Shown: positions 29,998 through 40,669, counted from the first letter of the stretch. The stretch is 64,000 nucleotides of DNA from an uncultured Planctomycetota bacterium (GCA_963845755.1 CAWJTV010000026.1:96001-160000); one strand, 5' to 3'. The notes: a model not told the origin generated them from the sequence alone. Numbers and translations: made by a program.

Positions 29998-30234
29998 ATG
30001 AAACGCATCCTGTTGAGTGGACTGAGCGTCGCTTTTCTGATGGGTGTCGTGGGCTGCGGAGGTGGAGGAATGGATGCGGGAACGCCCAGTGACCTGACAC
30101 CGGGCGTGAAAATCGATCCCAACCTGACGAGCCCGAGCGGAAAGTTTGGCGTCAAGGCCGCCCAGACCGCGTCTAACAAGTCGCAACAGGCGCAGTCCGC
30201 TCCAGGTGGCGAGGCGCCGGCTGAACCGAAATGA
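29998..30234 (+). CDS. Small lipoprotein (78 aa)
   Basis: GGAG RBS; MKRILLSGLSVAFLMGVVGC lipobox; follows a DUF1559 gene. Confidence 0.75.
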   Translation: MKRILLSGLSVAFLMGVVGCGGGGMDAGTPSDLTPGVKIDPNLTSPSGKFGVKAAQTASNKSQQAQSAPGGEAPAEPK

Positions 30235-30327
30235 GGTGAGGCCGGCGGGCGGCTTCGAGGAGTCGAAAACGGGTGTCCAAGGGAAGGTCGGCGTCGGGGC
30301 CGACCTCTCCAGATGGCCAACGAATGG

Positions 30328-32670
30328 TCACGAGGCGGGGGTTGTCAGCGGACGACGGGGCAGTGTCTCGTAGGAGCCGGCCCCCTCCGTCACCACGACC
30401 GTTCGGTCGGCGGGAATCTTGCGGAACACCTGATGGCTCCGGCTTGCCGGCCAGGTCACTTCGACGGCTTCGGCCGTCTCCGCCTGGTCGAGTCCGATGT
30501 GCTGCACGAAGCTGTTGCCGCCATAGCTGGACCCGGAGCTCACCTCGCGGTAGATCGATCGCATCTTCCCATCACGATCCTTGACGTCGACCCGCAGCCG
30601 GGCACCGATGGCCGCGCGATTGGTCGTGACGCCGACGAGCTTCAGATCCAGCCAGTGGCGCCCATGACCCGGGTTCTGGAAGAGGACGTTGTGCGCCCGG
30701 TCGCCCGGCGCCGCGCCGCCCATCTCCTCGAACAGATCGAGATCTCCGTCGGCGTCCCAGTCGGCGAAGGAGACGCCGTGTCCCTTCTGGAGGTGCGCCG
30801 TTCCCGACGACACGCTGATGTCCGCGAACCGGAGTCCGCCGACATTCTTGAGCATCACGTTCGGGGTCAGGGTGGAGTAGTTCGGCCGCCCGGTCCCGAA
30901 ATAGACATCAAGATAGCCGTCATTGTCGATGTCGCCGAAGTTCGAGCCCATGGTCAGGGACACGCGGCCGAGCCCGACCTCGTCGGTCACGTCGCGGAAG
31001 CCCGCATCCCCCAGGTTCTTGTAGAGGCGCGGGCGCTCGCCCTCGTGCGGCCGGCCGAGCCCATCGGCGATCACATCGTAGAGGTAGCCGCGAAAGGCGG
31101 CGACGAACAGGTCGAGCCGCCCATCGTTGTCGTAGTCCCAGAACCAGCACGAGAAGCTGTCCTGCGGCTCGGTGACGCCGAGCTCGGGGGCCACGTCGGT
31201 GAAGGTGCCGTCGCCGTTGTTGCGGTAGAGGCGATTCGCCGAGGTCATGTTGGAGACATAGAGGTCGGGCCAGCCGTCGCCATCGTAATCGCCCCACGCG
31301 GCGCCCTTGCCGAAGCGGTCGTTCCGGACGCCTGCGCGCTCGGCGACGTCGGTGAAAGTGCCGTCGCGGTTGTTGTGATAGAGCCGGCCGCTGTTGCGGG
31401 AGTCGGGAGGCCCCGAGATGTGCTGTTCGCCCACCACGTAGAGGTCCACGAACCCATCATGATCGAAGTCGCCCCACACGCCCGCCTGCGACTGGATTGG
31501 TGTTGCCAGACCCGCGGCGGCGGTCACGTCCTTGAAGGTACCCTCACCCTGGTTTCGCAGGAGCGAGAGCGGGTAGGGAGCCTCCCATCCACCGCGGATC
31601 AGCAGGATGTCGAGTCGCCCGTCGTTGTCGAAGTCGGCGTGGCTGGCGTTGGCGGCCAGATCCTGCCCGGCCAGCCCGGCCGCAGGGCCGCGGTCCTCGA
31701 ACCGGTCGCCTCGATTGACGAACAGCGCAGCATCCAGGTCGCAGTCGGCCGAGCAGACGAAGATGTCCGCCCGGCCGTCGCCATCGAAATCGTCGAAGAG
31801 GCTCCCGCCGAACATATTCGGGCCCCTCGTCTCGAGCCCGACCTGCGGCGCGACGTTGCGAAACTGGCCGATGTCGAGCGCGGAGGCAAACAGCTCCGGC
31901 GGCAAGCGAAACCTGGCCGGGATCCCCTCGGGGTATTCGCCCAGGGTCCTGGCGGCGATCCCCAGGAGCCATCGGGCTCCGAGATCCTCGGGCCGTTGGT
32001 TCAGATACGCCGTGAAGTGGGCCATCGCCTCCCGCGAGCCGGACGTCTGCTGATGCCGCGCCTCGGGGGCGATCGGGAAGATGCAGCTCGACGGGCCGAT
32101 GCAGGCGACACAGTTCTCGACCTCGCCCCGCCGGAGCGCCGCCACACCGCGGAGTGCAACCAGGTTCGCCTTCAAGTCCGCCGGGATGTCCGGGTTTTCC
32201 GTCGCCGCCTTGTCGAGCCAGTTCGATGCGTCCGGGAACCGGCCCTCGTACATGAAGAGCATGCCGATCTTCGCCTGAAGCGTGGCCCGGCGCAAGTCGT
32301 GGCCGGCCCGTCCGGCGGGGAGTTGATCGAATCGCGCCAACTGCCCCAGGAGGACGGTGCGGCCCCACTCGGCCCGCCCGCGGACGGCCGCTCGGATCTG
32401 ATCGAGCGAGCCCCGATCTTCGATCGTCGGGGTCAGACTGCCGGCCAACTGGTAGCCGCTGTCATCGAGGAACCTGGCGCTGACCAGCGGGGCCACCTGC
32501 GACGCAACATCGCGGGCCCGATTCGGCGTCGCGGCAGTCCTCGGAGCGAGCCGCGCCAGCGTCCTTCGGTAATCGTCGAGAAGGCCCGGGCGGGTCAAGG
32601 CTACGGCCGCCACCCCGGCGATCACCACAATCGCCAACCCCACCAGCGCAACGCGGAGCACCACTTTCAT
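30328..32670 (-). CDS. CRTAC1-family protein (FG-GAP/VCBS repeats + ASPIC/UnbV)
   Basis: Repeated DFDNDG.LD motifs; RRGEVENC…SSCIFPI; C-terminal NRAAIGAR…HIGL..A…V.WP. Confidence 0.93.
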   Translation of the reverse strand: MKVVLRVALVGLAIVVIAGVAAVALTRPGLLDDYRRTLARLAPRTAATPNRARDVASQVAPLVSARFLDDSGYQLAGSLTPTIEDRGSLDQIRAAVRGRAEWGRTVLLGQLARFDQLPAGRAGHDLRRATLQAKIGMLFMYEGRFPDASNWLDKAATENPDIPADLKANLVALRGVAALRRGEVENCVACIGPSSCIFPIAPEARHQQTSGSREAMAHFTAYLNQRPEDLGARWLLGIAARTLGEYPEGIPARFRLPPELFASALDIGQFRNVAPQVGLETRGPNMFGGSLFDDFDGDGRADIFVCSADCDLDAALFVNRGDRFEDRGPAAGLAGQDLAANASHADFDNDGRLDILLIRGGWEAPYPLSLLRNQGEGTFKDVTAAAGLATPIQSQAGVWGDFDHDGFVDLYVVGEQHISGPPDSRNSGRLYHNNRDGTFTDVAERAGVRNDRFGKGAAWGDYDGDGWPDLYVSNMTSANRLYRNNGDGTFTDVAPELGVTEPQDSFSCWFWDYDNDGRLDLFVAAFRGYLYDVIADGLGRPHEGERPRLYKNLGDAGFRDVTDEVGLGRVSLTMGSNFGDIDNDGYLDVYFGTGRPNYSTLTPNVMLKNVGGLRFADISVSSGTAHLQKGHGVSFADWDADGDLDLFEEMGGAAPGDRAHNVLFQNPGHGRHWLDLKLVGVTTNRAAIGARLRVDVKDRDGKMRSIYREVSSGSSYGGNSFVQHIGLDQAETAEAVEVTWPASRSHQVFRKIPADRTVVVTEGAGSYETLPRRPLTTPAS

Positions 32671-32697
32671 CGAAAGAATCCTTCTCTTTTCAGGGAC

Positions 32698-34606
32698 TCA
32701 ACCAGGATTCCCCATCCGCGAGCTGGAACTTGATAGCGGTTCGGCTCGACCGGACCCTTCGCGGATGAGGAAACCGGTCCCCGCGGGCAGGTCGGAGTAT
32801 TCATCCACCTGTCCCGACGGCCATCGAATCGTCACGCGGCGGGCGACCTCGGCTTCCCCAATCCCGATCAGCAGGCGAGGGTCGTGGGCGGACGCGAGAC
32901 TCGCTCCCCCCTTGCGCTGTCGGTAGATGGTCCGATTCCCGGCCTCGACCTCGACGCGGGCGCCGATCGCATCGCGATTGCTGCGCGTTCCCTCCAGCCG
33001 GAGGCGAATCCAATGATGGCGCGTCGGGGTGTCATTGCGCAGCAAGGCCGGTGCCTTGTCCTTGTGGTTGATGACCAGATCGATGTCGCCGTCGTCGTCG
33101 AGATCACCCTGGGCGAGTCCGCGCCCCACGTGGTCGGAATCGAAGTAAGAGCCGGCCTTCCGGGTTGCGAGCTGAAACCCCGACCCGTTGAGGTTTCGGT
33201 GCAGCAAGGCCGGCTCCGCGTACGGGGTGTCCAGGCCCAGCATCTCCAGGTTGTCGTTAACGTGGCCGTTGGCGACGAAACAGTCGGGCCAGCCGTCGTT
33301 GTCGAAGTCGGCCAGGGCACAGCCCCATCCCACCCAGAGCACGCTGTCGTGGTACAGGCCGCTGACGCGCGTCCGTTCTTCGAACAGGCCCCCACCCAGG
33401 TTGGCGAACATCGCGACGCCCTCATACCAGAAATTGGTGACGAACAGGTCGGGCCGCCCGTCACCATTGACGTCCTCGGCATCGACGCCCATCCCCGCGC
33501 GCCTGCCCGTTCGGGCCATAGCCCGCACCCGAGGATTCCGTCACGTCCTGGAACCGGCCATGGCCTTGGTTGAGGAAGACAAAATTAGGACACATGTCGT
33601 TGGCAACATAAAGGTCGATCCGGCCGTCATCATCGAGGTCCGCGGCGACCACGCCGAGGCCGCGGCCATCCGTGCGGCCGATGCCGGCGGCCTCGCTCAC
33701 GTCGGTGAAGGTCCGGTCGCCGTTGTTTCGGTACAGGACGTGCCGGGCCGGCGGAATCGATTTGGGCGAGCAGTAGATCCGTTGCTTCGGCGGCGGGTCC
33801 TTCATCAAGGGGGAAGGGGCTGCATCGCAGTATCGATCGTCGTCCGGGAGCTTCCAGGAGCCATAATTGGCCACGTAAAGGTCCAGGTCGCCGTCGTTGT
33901 CATAATCGAGGAACGCCCCGGCCGACGACCAACCCGGCCGGTCGATCCCGGCCGACCGGCTGATGTCCGCGAAGGTGCCGTCGCCCCGGTTAAGATACAG
34001 GACGTTCGATCCATAGTTGCACAAGAAGACATCCGGATCGCCGTCGTTATCGATGTCACCGACCACGATCCCATGGCAAAACCCGGAGTAACCCAGACCG
34101 GAAGCCTGAGTCGCGTCCTGGAACCGATTATCGCCGAGGTTCCGGAAGAGCCGATTCGGGCCGGTTTGAGCCTTGCCCGCCGGCAGGAAGGTCATGGTCG
34201 CGAAATACAGGTCGAGCTTGCCATCGTTGTCGAAGTCGAACATGGCCACGCCGGACCCGTAAGCCGTGGGGAAGTGCTTGGCCTCGCTCATCCCCGAAAC
34301 ATGCACGAAATCGATACCGGACTCCCCGGCGATCTCGGTGAATCGGAAGGGACTGACCGGCACCCGAGCGGTCCAGTTTGCCCGCACCCCGCCCAGGTCC
34401 TCCGGCGGAGGCAAGGAGATGCCCTTGGTGGAATCCACGGATGAAAGGGGCATGGACTCAGGAAAGGACCGGAATCCCAGCTCGACCGCATAAGCGATCA
34501 GCAGCACACCGAGGGCGGCCCCGGCGAGTCGGGGAACCTTGACGCCCGGCAACGGCACGGTCGTGACCGACTTGTCGAGACGTCGAGGCCAGATCATCCC
34601 CAGCAC
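32698..34606 (-). CDS. Second CRTAC1-family protein (frameshift near 33505)
   Basis: GSGVAMFDFDNDG, GRGLGVVAADLDDDG, AGMGVDAEDV, NRDAIGARV and HDPRLLIGIG motifs. Confidence 0.9.
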
Positions 34607-34611
34607 CCCTT

Positions 34612-34684
34612 GGAAGGCTGAAGGCTGAAGGATGAGTCAGAACCGGTTTTATTCAGCTTTCAGCCTTCAGACTTCAGCCCTTCC
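34612..34684. repeat. Inverted heptamer tandem arrays (GAAGGCT)n … (TTCAGCC)n
   Basis: Read directly from the sequence; lies between divergent genes. Confidence 0.75.
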
Positions 34685-34704
34685 CCCTGCTCCAGTCTAC
34701 CGTT

Positions 34705-36095
34705 ATGCTGGATTTCTCGCACCGGGGTCTTGCGGCTTTCTTGATCCGACGAGGAAACGAAACCGGGGAGGAGCCGCGCGTCTTGAGGAACGAATCACGT
34801 CGAGTACATCGGGGTCGCTCCTCGTGGACGACGGTTTGCTGGCTGCTCGGCGCCGCGATGAGTCTGGCCCTGGTCGGGTGGGCGATCGCTTCGGTTCGAG
34901 AGTCCCGGGCGGTCGAGCGCGACGCGGAGGCCGCCCGCGCCGCAATGTCGTCCGGTCGGTCGGCCGCGGCTCGCGAGCCGTTGCACCGATGGCTCCGCGC
35001 GCGGCCGAGGTCGGCCGAGGCCCACGCCCTGATGGCGGAGCTGGCCCTGGCCGAGAACGACCTCGGCCGGGTGAAGCCGGAGTACAACGAGGCGCGATCG
35101 CTCGGCTATCCGGACGCGAAGCTCGAGCGGCTGATGGCGATCTGGCTGGCCCGGATTGGCCGGTTCTCCGAGGCCGAGCCGGTCCTCACCCTCCTCTTCA
35201 GCGAGCAGGCGGGATCGGACCCCGCGGTCGACGAGGCATTGGCCCGGGTCTACCTCAAGACCTATCGACTGGCCCGCGCCAAGGCCGCCATCCGCCGCTG
35301 GATCGAGGACGCGCCCACCGACGGGCGGCCCTTCCTCTGGCTGACGGAAATCGATCGACGCACCGACGTCGACAATCCGGAATCCTGGGAACGCCACTAT
35401 CGCGAAGCCCTCCGGCGCGATCCCGAGCTCGACCCGGCCCGACACGGCCTGGCGGAATCGCTCCGGAGGGTCCATCGTAACGAAGAAGCGGCCCAGGAAT
35501 ATGCGTTCTATCTGGCCCGTCATCCGGATGACCCGGCCGCCCTGGCGGGCGCCGGCCTCAATGCGCTGGAGCTGGGCAATCTCTCCGAGGCGACCCGCTT
35601 GCTGGATCACGCCCTGGGCCTGGCGCCGACCGAACGAGCCGCTCTCAGGGGTCGAGCCGAGGTTGACATGCAGCGTGGCGAGCTGTCCTCGGCCGCGCGC
35701 CGGCTCGACCAGGCCATCCAGGCGGATCCGTTCGATGATGAGCTTCTCCACATTCGGAGCCAGGTGCGCAGCCGGCTGGGCGACTCCGCCGCGCGCGCGG
35801 CGACCGTGAGGCGTTCGAGCGCTTGAAGAAGGATCAGGCGGTGCTCCTCCAGTTGCGCGGCCGTCTCCTGGACCATCCCGATGACAGCGACACCCGGTTG
35901 AAGGTCGCGGCGTGGATGCTCGCGCATGGTCGCGACGAAGCCGGTTTGGAATGGGCGATGGCGATCCTGGCGAACCATCCGAGCCACGTTCCGACCTGCC
36001 GGTTCCTGGCCGACTATTACGCCAGGCGTCCCGACGGCGCGGGACTGGCCAACCACTATCGGCTCAAGGCCGACGCCCAGGAGCCGGTTCGTTAG
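34705..36095 (+). CDS. Membrane-anchored TPR protein (frameshift near 35800; start may be the TTG near 34783)
   Basis: N-terminal TM, multiple TPR helices, C-terminal G..W….L…P.H….FLADYY…G..GLANHYR. Confidence 0.85.
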
Positions 36096-36116
36096 CGGCC
36101 GCACGTGCCGGGTCTC

Positions 36117-36944
36117 CTACCAATGCATGACATACCCGCCATCGACGTTGATCGTCTGGCCGGTGATATTGCGTGCCTGGCTCGAGGCGAGGAAGACGGC
36201 CATGGCGGCGATGTCTTCGGGTTGCTGCCAGCGGTTCAGGGGGACGAGCTTCCGGATCTTGTCGGCGGACCAGGTTTCATAAGAAGGCCGGCCGGATTCG
36301 GGCTGTTCCCTGGCCCAGGCTTCGTACACCGATCGGTTGAGCGGGGTCTGGACCATGCCGGGGCAGAGCGTATTGACCCGCACGCCGTGAGGCGCCAGGT
36401 CCTTGGCGGCGCACTGGGCGAAGTTGATGACCGCGGCCTTGGCGGCGCTGTACGGCGGGTCGGTCTGCGAGCCGATCTGACCGGCGACGGAGGAGAGGAA
36501 GAGAATCGAGGGCGAGGTCGAGAGGGGGGAGCCGGCTGCCTCGTCCTCGTGGGTGGCCTCGGCCATCGCCGGGGCGAACGCATGCGCCACGTGGACGGCT
36601 CCGATCAGATTGACCTGGAGCACCCGTTCCCAGTCGGCGGGCTCGAGCTTCCAGAAGGGAAAGCCAAACTTGCCCGAGCCCAGCCCGACGGCGAAGACGA
36701 CGTGGTCGCAACGTCCGAAGTGGTTCGCGACATCCTCGGCCGCGCGGCGGACCGCGGCAAAGTCGGTGACGTCGGCGATCAGCCCCGTCGCACCGATCGA
36801 TCCGGCGAGATCCCGGACGGTCGGGTCGCGGTCGACGGCCGCCACGCGCGCCGACTCGGCGGCGAAGGCGCGCGCGATCGCCGCCCCGATCCCCCGAGCG
36901 GCCCCGAAGACCGCCACTACGTTCCCCGCCAGGCCCAGTTCCAC
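36117..36944 (-). CDS. SDR-family NAD(P)-dependent oxidoreductase (275 aa)
   Basis: GAARGIG, SSVAG, YSAAK, VRVNTLCPG, ITGQTINVDGG. GTG start with AGGGAG RBS. Confidence 0.93.
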   Translation of the reverse strand: MELGLAGNVVAVFGAARGIGAAIARAFAAESARVAAVDRDPTVRDLAGSIGATGLIADVTDFAAVRRAAEDVANHFGRCDHVVFAVGLGSGKFGFPFWKLEPADWERVLQVNLIGAVHVAHAFAPAMAEATHEDEAAGSPLSTSPSILFLSSVAGQIGSQTDPPYSAAKAAVINFAQCAAKDLAPHGVRVNTLCPGMVQTPLNRSVYEAWAREQPESGRPSYETWSADKIRKLVPLNRWQQPEDIAAMAVFLASSQARNITGQTINVDGGYVMHW

Positions 36945-36975
36945 GATCGGCTCCCTGGGGATCCCCGCGCCTTGG

Positions 36976-37274
36976 TTATTTCCCGCCCTGACGGCCGGCT
37001 TGCTGGTTCCCACGGCCGATATCGACCATGCGATCCCGCGTCGAACCCTCCGCGTTCCGGGCCTGTGCGCTCTCACTGCGCCTCGCGGGCCTGCTCGGAA
37101 GTCAGCGCCTCCCGCCGACGCTTTGCGGGACCGACCCTTTCCCTTGCCTTTCCCCTTGCCTTTTCCGTGAACGGTCAACCCGGCCTCATCAGGCCCCGCT
37201 GTTCCTAATTTCGCCTGTTCCTGCTGCTCCGGCGGGAGCGCATCGGTCAGCTTGAATCGTCCAAATCCGGCCAT
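36976..37274 (-). CDS. Small basic Gly/Lys-rich protein (about 99 aa; frameshift near 37083)
   Basis: GGAG RBS; MAGFGRFKLTD…HGKGKGKGKGKGRSRK, then in the shifted frame RSESAQARNAEGSTRDRMVDIGRGNQQAGRQGGK* with a clean stop before the SDR RBS. Confidence 0.6.
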
Positions 37275-37475
37275 GGGCGTGATCTCCGGGGAGGTTGTGC
37301 TTCCAGTCCTGTGATTAGTAGACCGAAAACGCGCCCGGTTTTCACTAGCAAGTTCGCTCGGTACCTCAGTTTTATGATAGACTGTCGGCCGGCCGCTTGT
37401 CCTGTATCGGTCGCTCCATGCCGGCCGGTTGGTGTGCCCCCCTGCCCTGCTCTCTTCCATCCCCGGAGGTCCGTC

Positions 37476-38255
37476 ATGCCGCTGGAATCCGAATCGGAAT
37501 CGGGATTGTCCACCCGCCGCGACTTCGCCCGCAACGCCGTGCAAACGCTGACCGCCGTCGTCTTGATCGAGGGGCTCTGGTCGCGCCGGCTGCTCGGGGA
37601 CGACGTCCGGCCCATCATCGACGACTGGTTCAAGGAGCTGGATTCGATCACCCGGGACGTGCACGAACACCGGGTCAAGGATGTCGCATTCCAGAAGTCG
37701 CTGGAGCAGCTCTACCAGCGGGTGGACCTGGCCTCCCTCTTGAAATCGATCGACTTCGACCGGATCACGGCCGATGTGAGCATCCCGAAAAAAGGGGCCC
37801 AGAGCCTGCCCGTCAGCTTCTCTCACGTCGCCGGGCTGCCGGGCAAGGTGGCGTTCGGCGGGCAGATCTTCGCCATGAGCAAGGGGCGATCCGTCGTGCC
37901 GCACGGCCACAACAACATGACGACCGGTTTCCTCGTCATCAAGGGGAAATTCCGAGGCCGGCACTACGATCGCATCGAAGACCACAAGGACCATTACATC
38001 ATCCGCCCGACGATCGACCGCAGCTTCCAGCCCGGCGAGTTCTCGACGATCTCTGACCACAAGGACAACATCCACTGGTTCACCGCCGAGGGCGAGACCG
38101 GATTCATCTTCAACATCCATGTGGTGGAGACCGACCCGACGAACCCCAACCGCCCCGGCCGCGTTTATGTCGACCCGGTCGGCGAGAAGCTCGCGGGCGG
38201 CCTGATCAAGGCGCCGAAGATCACGTATGGCAAGGTGAATCAGCTCTATGGGTAA
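37476..38255 (+). CDS. Tat-exported cupin-like (cysteine dioxygenase-like) protein
   Basis: GGAGG RBS; STRRDF Tat motif; PHGHNNM…NIHWF His-rich cupin motifs. Confidence 0.75.
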   Translation: MPLESESESGLSTRRDFARNAVQTLTAVVLIEGLWSRRLLGDDVRPIIDDWFKELDSITRDVHEHRVKDVAFQKSLEQLYQRVDLASLLKSIDFDRITADVSIPKKGAQSLPVSFSHVAGLPGKVAFGGQIFAMSKGRSVVPHGHNNMTTGFLVIKGKFRGRHYDRIEDHKDHYIIRPTIDRSFQPGEFSTISDHKDNIHWFTAEGETGFIFNIHVVETDPTNPNRPGRVYVDPVGEKLAGGLIKAPKITYGKVNQLYG

Positions 38256-38309
38256 GGGGATGGAATCGGCGGGGCATTCCCGCCTGGAGATCGGTTGACG
38301 TATTGCTGA

Positions 38310-38411
38310 AGGGGTGTACGAGAAGCCCCCGTAGGATGGGTCGAAGGCCGCAACGCGGCTTGAGGCCCACCGAGTTCCCACAAGCGTCCGGCGACCTTCT
38401 CGTACACCCAT
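38310..38411. mobile_element. 102-bp MITE with a GTAG-type REP inside, TSD TGA
   Basis: TIRs AGGGGTGTACGAGAAG / revcomp ATGGGTGTACGAGAAG. TGA at 38307-38309 and 38412-38414. Interior GTAGGATGGGTCGAAGGCCGCAACGCGGCTTGAGGCCCACC. Confidence 0.8.
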
Positions 38412-38573
38412 TGAGACTTGACACTCGACTCTCGGGACGGTGAGTCAAGCGGCAAGGGGGCCGGTGCACCAGCCGCTCGAAGAAACCGCAACGGCGTGGA
38501 CCCAGCCCAGTGCGGCGGGCAATTGAGCGATTCCTCCCGTGGTCTCGGAGTTTGTGAAAGAATCGGGAAAACC

Positions 38574-38659
38574 ATTCAAGATTCAAAATTCAATGAACGC
38601 AAAGATCTGCTTTGCGACGACCTGCATCTATCTTGAATTTTGCATTTGTCATTTTGAAT
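38574..38659. repeat. Inverted heptamer tandem arrays (ATTCAAN)3 … (TTTGAAT-like)4
   Basis: Read directly from the sequence; AT-rich island between convergent genes. Confidence 0.7.
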
Positions 38660-38677
38660 CAATTCTTTCACAGCCTC

Positions 38678-39226
38678 TCAGTCTTCCCGGACCACGTCAC
38701 ACATTTCGGAGCACTCGCGTGCCCGCCGAATCTGCACGGTGCGGTCGTATGCATCCCTGACCGCCTCTCGCGCCTTGGTCCAGGGCATCGAGCTCTCCTT
38801 GCTCGCCTCCCAATCCCGTTGCAAGTGCTCATCCATCAAGTCGATGCCCGCGTCGCCGTACTTCGCCTCTGCCAGAGCTCCGTAGCGAAACGCCGGAAAG
38901 AAATCTTCATATTTGTCGCCCGCTCTGGCGTACGGGCGCGACATGAAGTGATCGCGAAGCCAGTTGTCCTCGGTCGTCGGGTCGATCAACTCGCCGACAC
39001 CCTTGCCGGCATAGCCTCCGACGACGGCACCGACAGCCGCGCCAACAGCCGTGGCGACAGGCCCGGCGACCGAGCCGACGGCCAGGCCGCTGACCGCTCC
39101 GGCCACGGCGGCTCCGATACCCGTCTCGATCGGGTGCGAGCCCGGTGCGTCGGTGATCGGGTCCGGATTGCGGCTGCCCTTGGGCGGCAGGTCTACTTTC
39201 TTTTCGGGATGGGTCACGGTTGCCAT
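38678..39226 (-). CDS. Glycine-zipper hypothetical protein (182 aa)
   Basis: NPDPITDAPGSHPIETGIGA, a GxxxG zipper, EDNWLR..F.SRPY…PAFRYG and W.KAREAVRDAYDR. Confidence 0.85.
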   Translation of the reverse strand: MATVTHPEKKVDLPPKGSRNPDPITDAPGSHPIETGIGAAVAGAVSGLAVGSVAGPVATAVGAAVGAVVGGYAGKGVGELIDPTTEDNWLRDHFMSRPYARAGDKYEDFFPAFRYGALAEAKYGDAGIDLMDEHLQRDWEASKESSMPWTKAREAVRDAYDRTVQIRRARECSEMCDVVRED

Positions 39227-39625
39227 GATGATTCTCCCGTAGAAAGAAGTCTATCGATCGAGCCGGCCGGCGACATATGCCGGGCGGGTTATTCCCGTTT
39301 ATCTCTCGCAAACCGCTTGCCGATCGGTAAGAAAAATGTGAAGGGAGGTCGGAGGCGACCTTTCCTGTTGCCGCTTTTCATGAGATCAGGGATCCCGGGA
39401 GGTGAAATCGTGCGGGACGGTTCGCGGAAGAAAAGAATGGTTGCATGTCACCGGGGAAGGAGAGTTTAAATGTCCGAATTCTCAAGGTCAACCCCGACGG
39501 CGGGACGCCAGAAAGCCGACCGTTGGGCGGCTCGGCCCCCCATCGCGAGTGCGACCGGTGAGGGAGTCCATGCGGAGTGGATTTGCCGAATGCGATGCCC
39601 TGCCTGGCTCGAAGCCGTTCCTACC

Positions 39626-40243
39626 TCAACATGAATCGTCCCGCTGCACGGCCCGAACTTCGTCATCGGAACGAACCGCCTTGAGGATAGCTGCTGCCGA
39701 TTCCCGTCCAAATCGTTTCTGCGTTCGGCGGACGATCGGATAGCCAAGCTGGCTCAGGAACGTATTCGGTCGGGAAAACGCCAGGATGTCGTACCACACG
39801 CTGTTGTCGGCCTGATCCCACTCGATCAAGAATCGCTCCTCGCCTCTACCGGCATGATCGGGCAACGTGCCATAAGCCAGGCCGAACCGACTGATCGGCC
39901 CCGACTCATCCACGACGTAGACGATCTTGCAGGCATTGAGCCACCACAGGCCGAGGGCACGGGCCAGGATGGCCACAACCTCCCCGGCCTGGATCGGCGT
40001 CTCCGGCGACCATGCCTCCAGCCAGCCCAGGTCGAACTGCCTCCACTGCTGCAATGCGGCTCGTGCGGCCTGGAAGACCGGCCCGCCTTCGCCCAGCTTG
40101 ATGCGAGTCCGATCCACGACGAAACCGGCTGGAAGCTGATCGGCCGTCGCTCCGACTGCCGAATAACTGAAGTCCCGCTTGGCCTGCGCATTCTGGAATC
40201 GGCGGATGGACTCGGCAGACGGTTTTCGCAACGACACCATCAT
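39626..40243 (-). CDS. DUF1990-family protein
   Basis: FSY..VGAT, LG.G…F..A..AL..W..F, AYGTLPDH…GEERF and VWYDI.AFSRP motifs. Confidence 0.88.
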   Translation of the reverse strand: MMVSLRKPSAESIRRFQNAQAKRDFSYSAVGATADQLPAGFVVDRTRIKLGEGGPVFQAARAALQQWRQFDLGWLEAWSPETPIQAGEVVAILARALGLWWLNACKIVYVVDESGPISRFGLAYGTLPDHAGRGEERFLIEWDQADNSVWYDILAFSRPNTFLSQLGYPIVRRTQKRFGRESAAAILKAVRSDDEVRAVQRDDSC

Positions 40244-40448
40244 CACCCTCGATCCTCGCCCGCCCGCAGTCAAGCCTGTGTTGTAGTGCGATCCACAGGA
40301 AAATGCCCTTGTCGCATCTTATCCGCAAAGCAAGCCACTTCCCTGTTCCGTAGGGTGTTCTGTGAGCACCGAATCGGGCCAGGCACCGGGATCGGCGCTG
40401 CACAGAGCACCCTACTGGCCCGTGCGCATCTCCGGCGTGATGCGCGCT

Positions 40449-40625
40449 AACCCGGTTTCGAGCCGCCGGCGAGCGCAGTTCCTTCAATGGCTCGGAGATC
40501 TCCAGGAGGCTCGCGTTGATCTGCCGCAGAGTCGCCCGAGGGGTGGTCAAGTTGAGCAGCACGGTACAGATCGCCGCAAATGTCAGGGCGACGACCGAGA
40601 GAGCAATCAGGAGTGTGCCCTTCAT
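40449..40625 (-). pseudogene. Fragment of a membrane protein C-terminus
   Basis: TM helix followed by RATLRQINASLLEISEPLKELR. No clean start or stop. Confidence 0.3.
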
Positions 40626-40669
40626 GAGCCCGAGGTCATGCGCGTCCCGGAGAGTCTCGACCACCCCAT

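Noticed and set aside
30313..32733. 806-aa plus-strand ORF and similar long antisense ORFs (e.g. 6784-8193, 12612-14411, 42337-43884, 52947-54662)
   Set aside because: Shadow ORFs of GC-rich genes that have clear motifs on the opposite strand.
36117..38411. 764-aa ORF from the track
   Set aside because: Artefactual fusion of the SDR gene, a frameshifted small gene and the antisense of the cupin gene.
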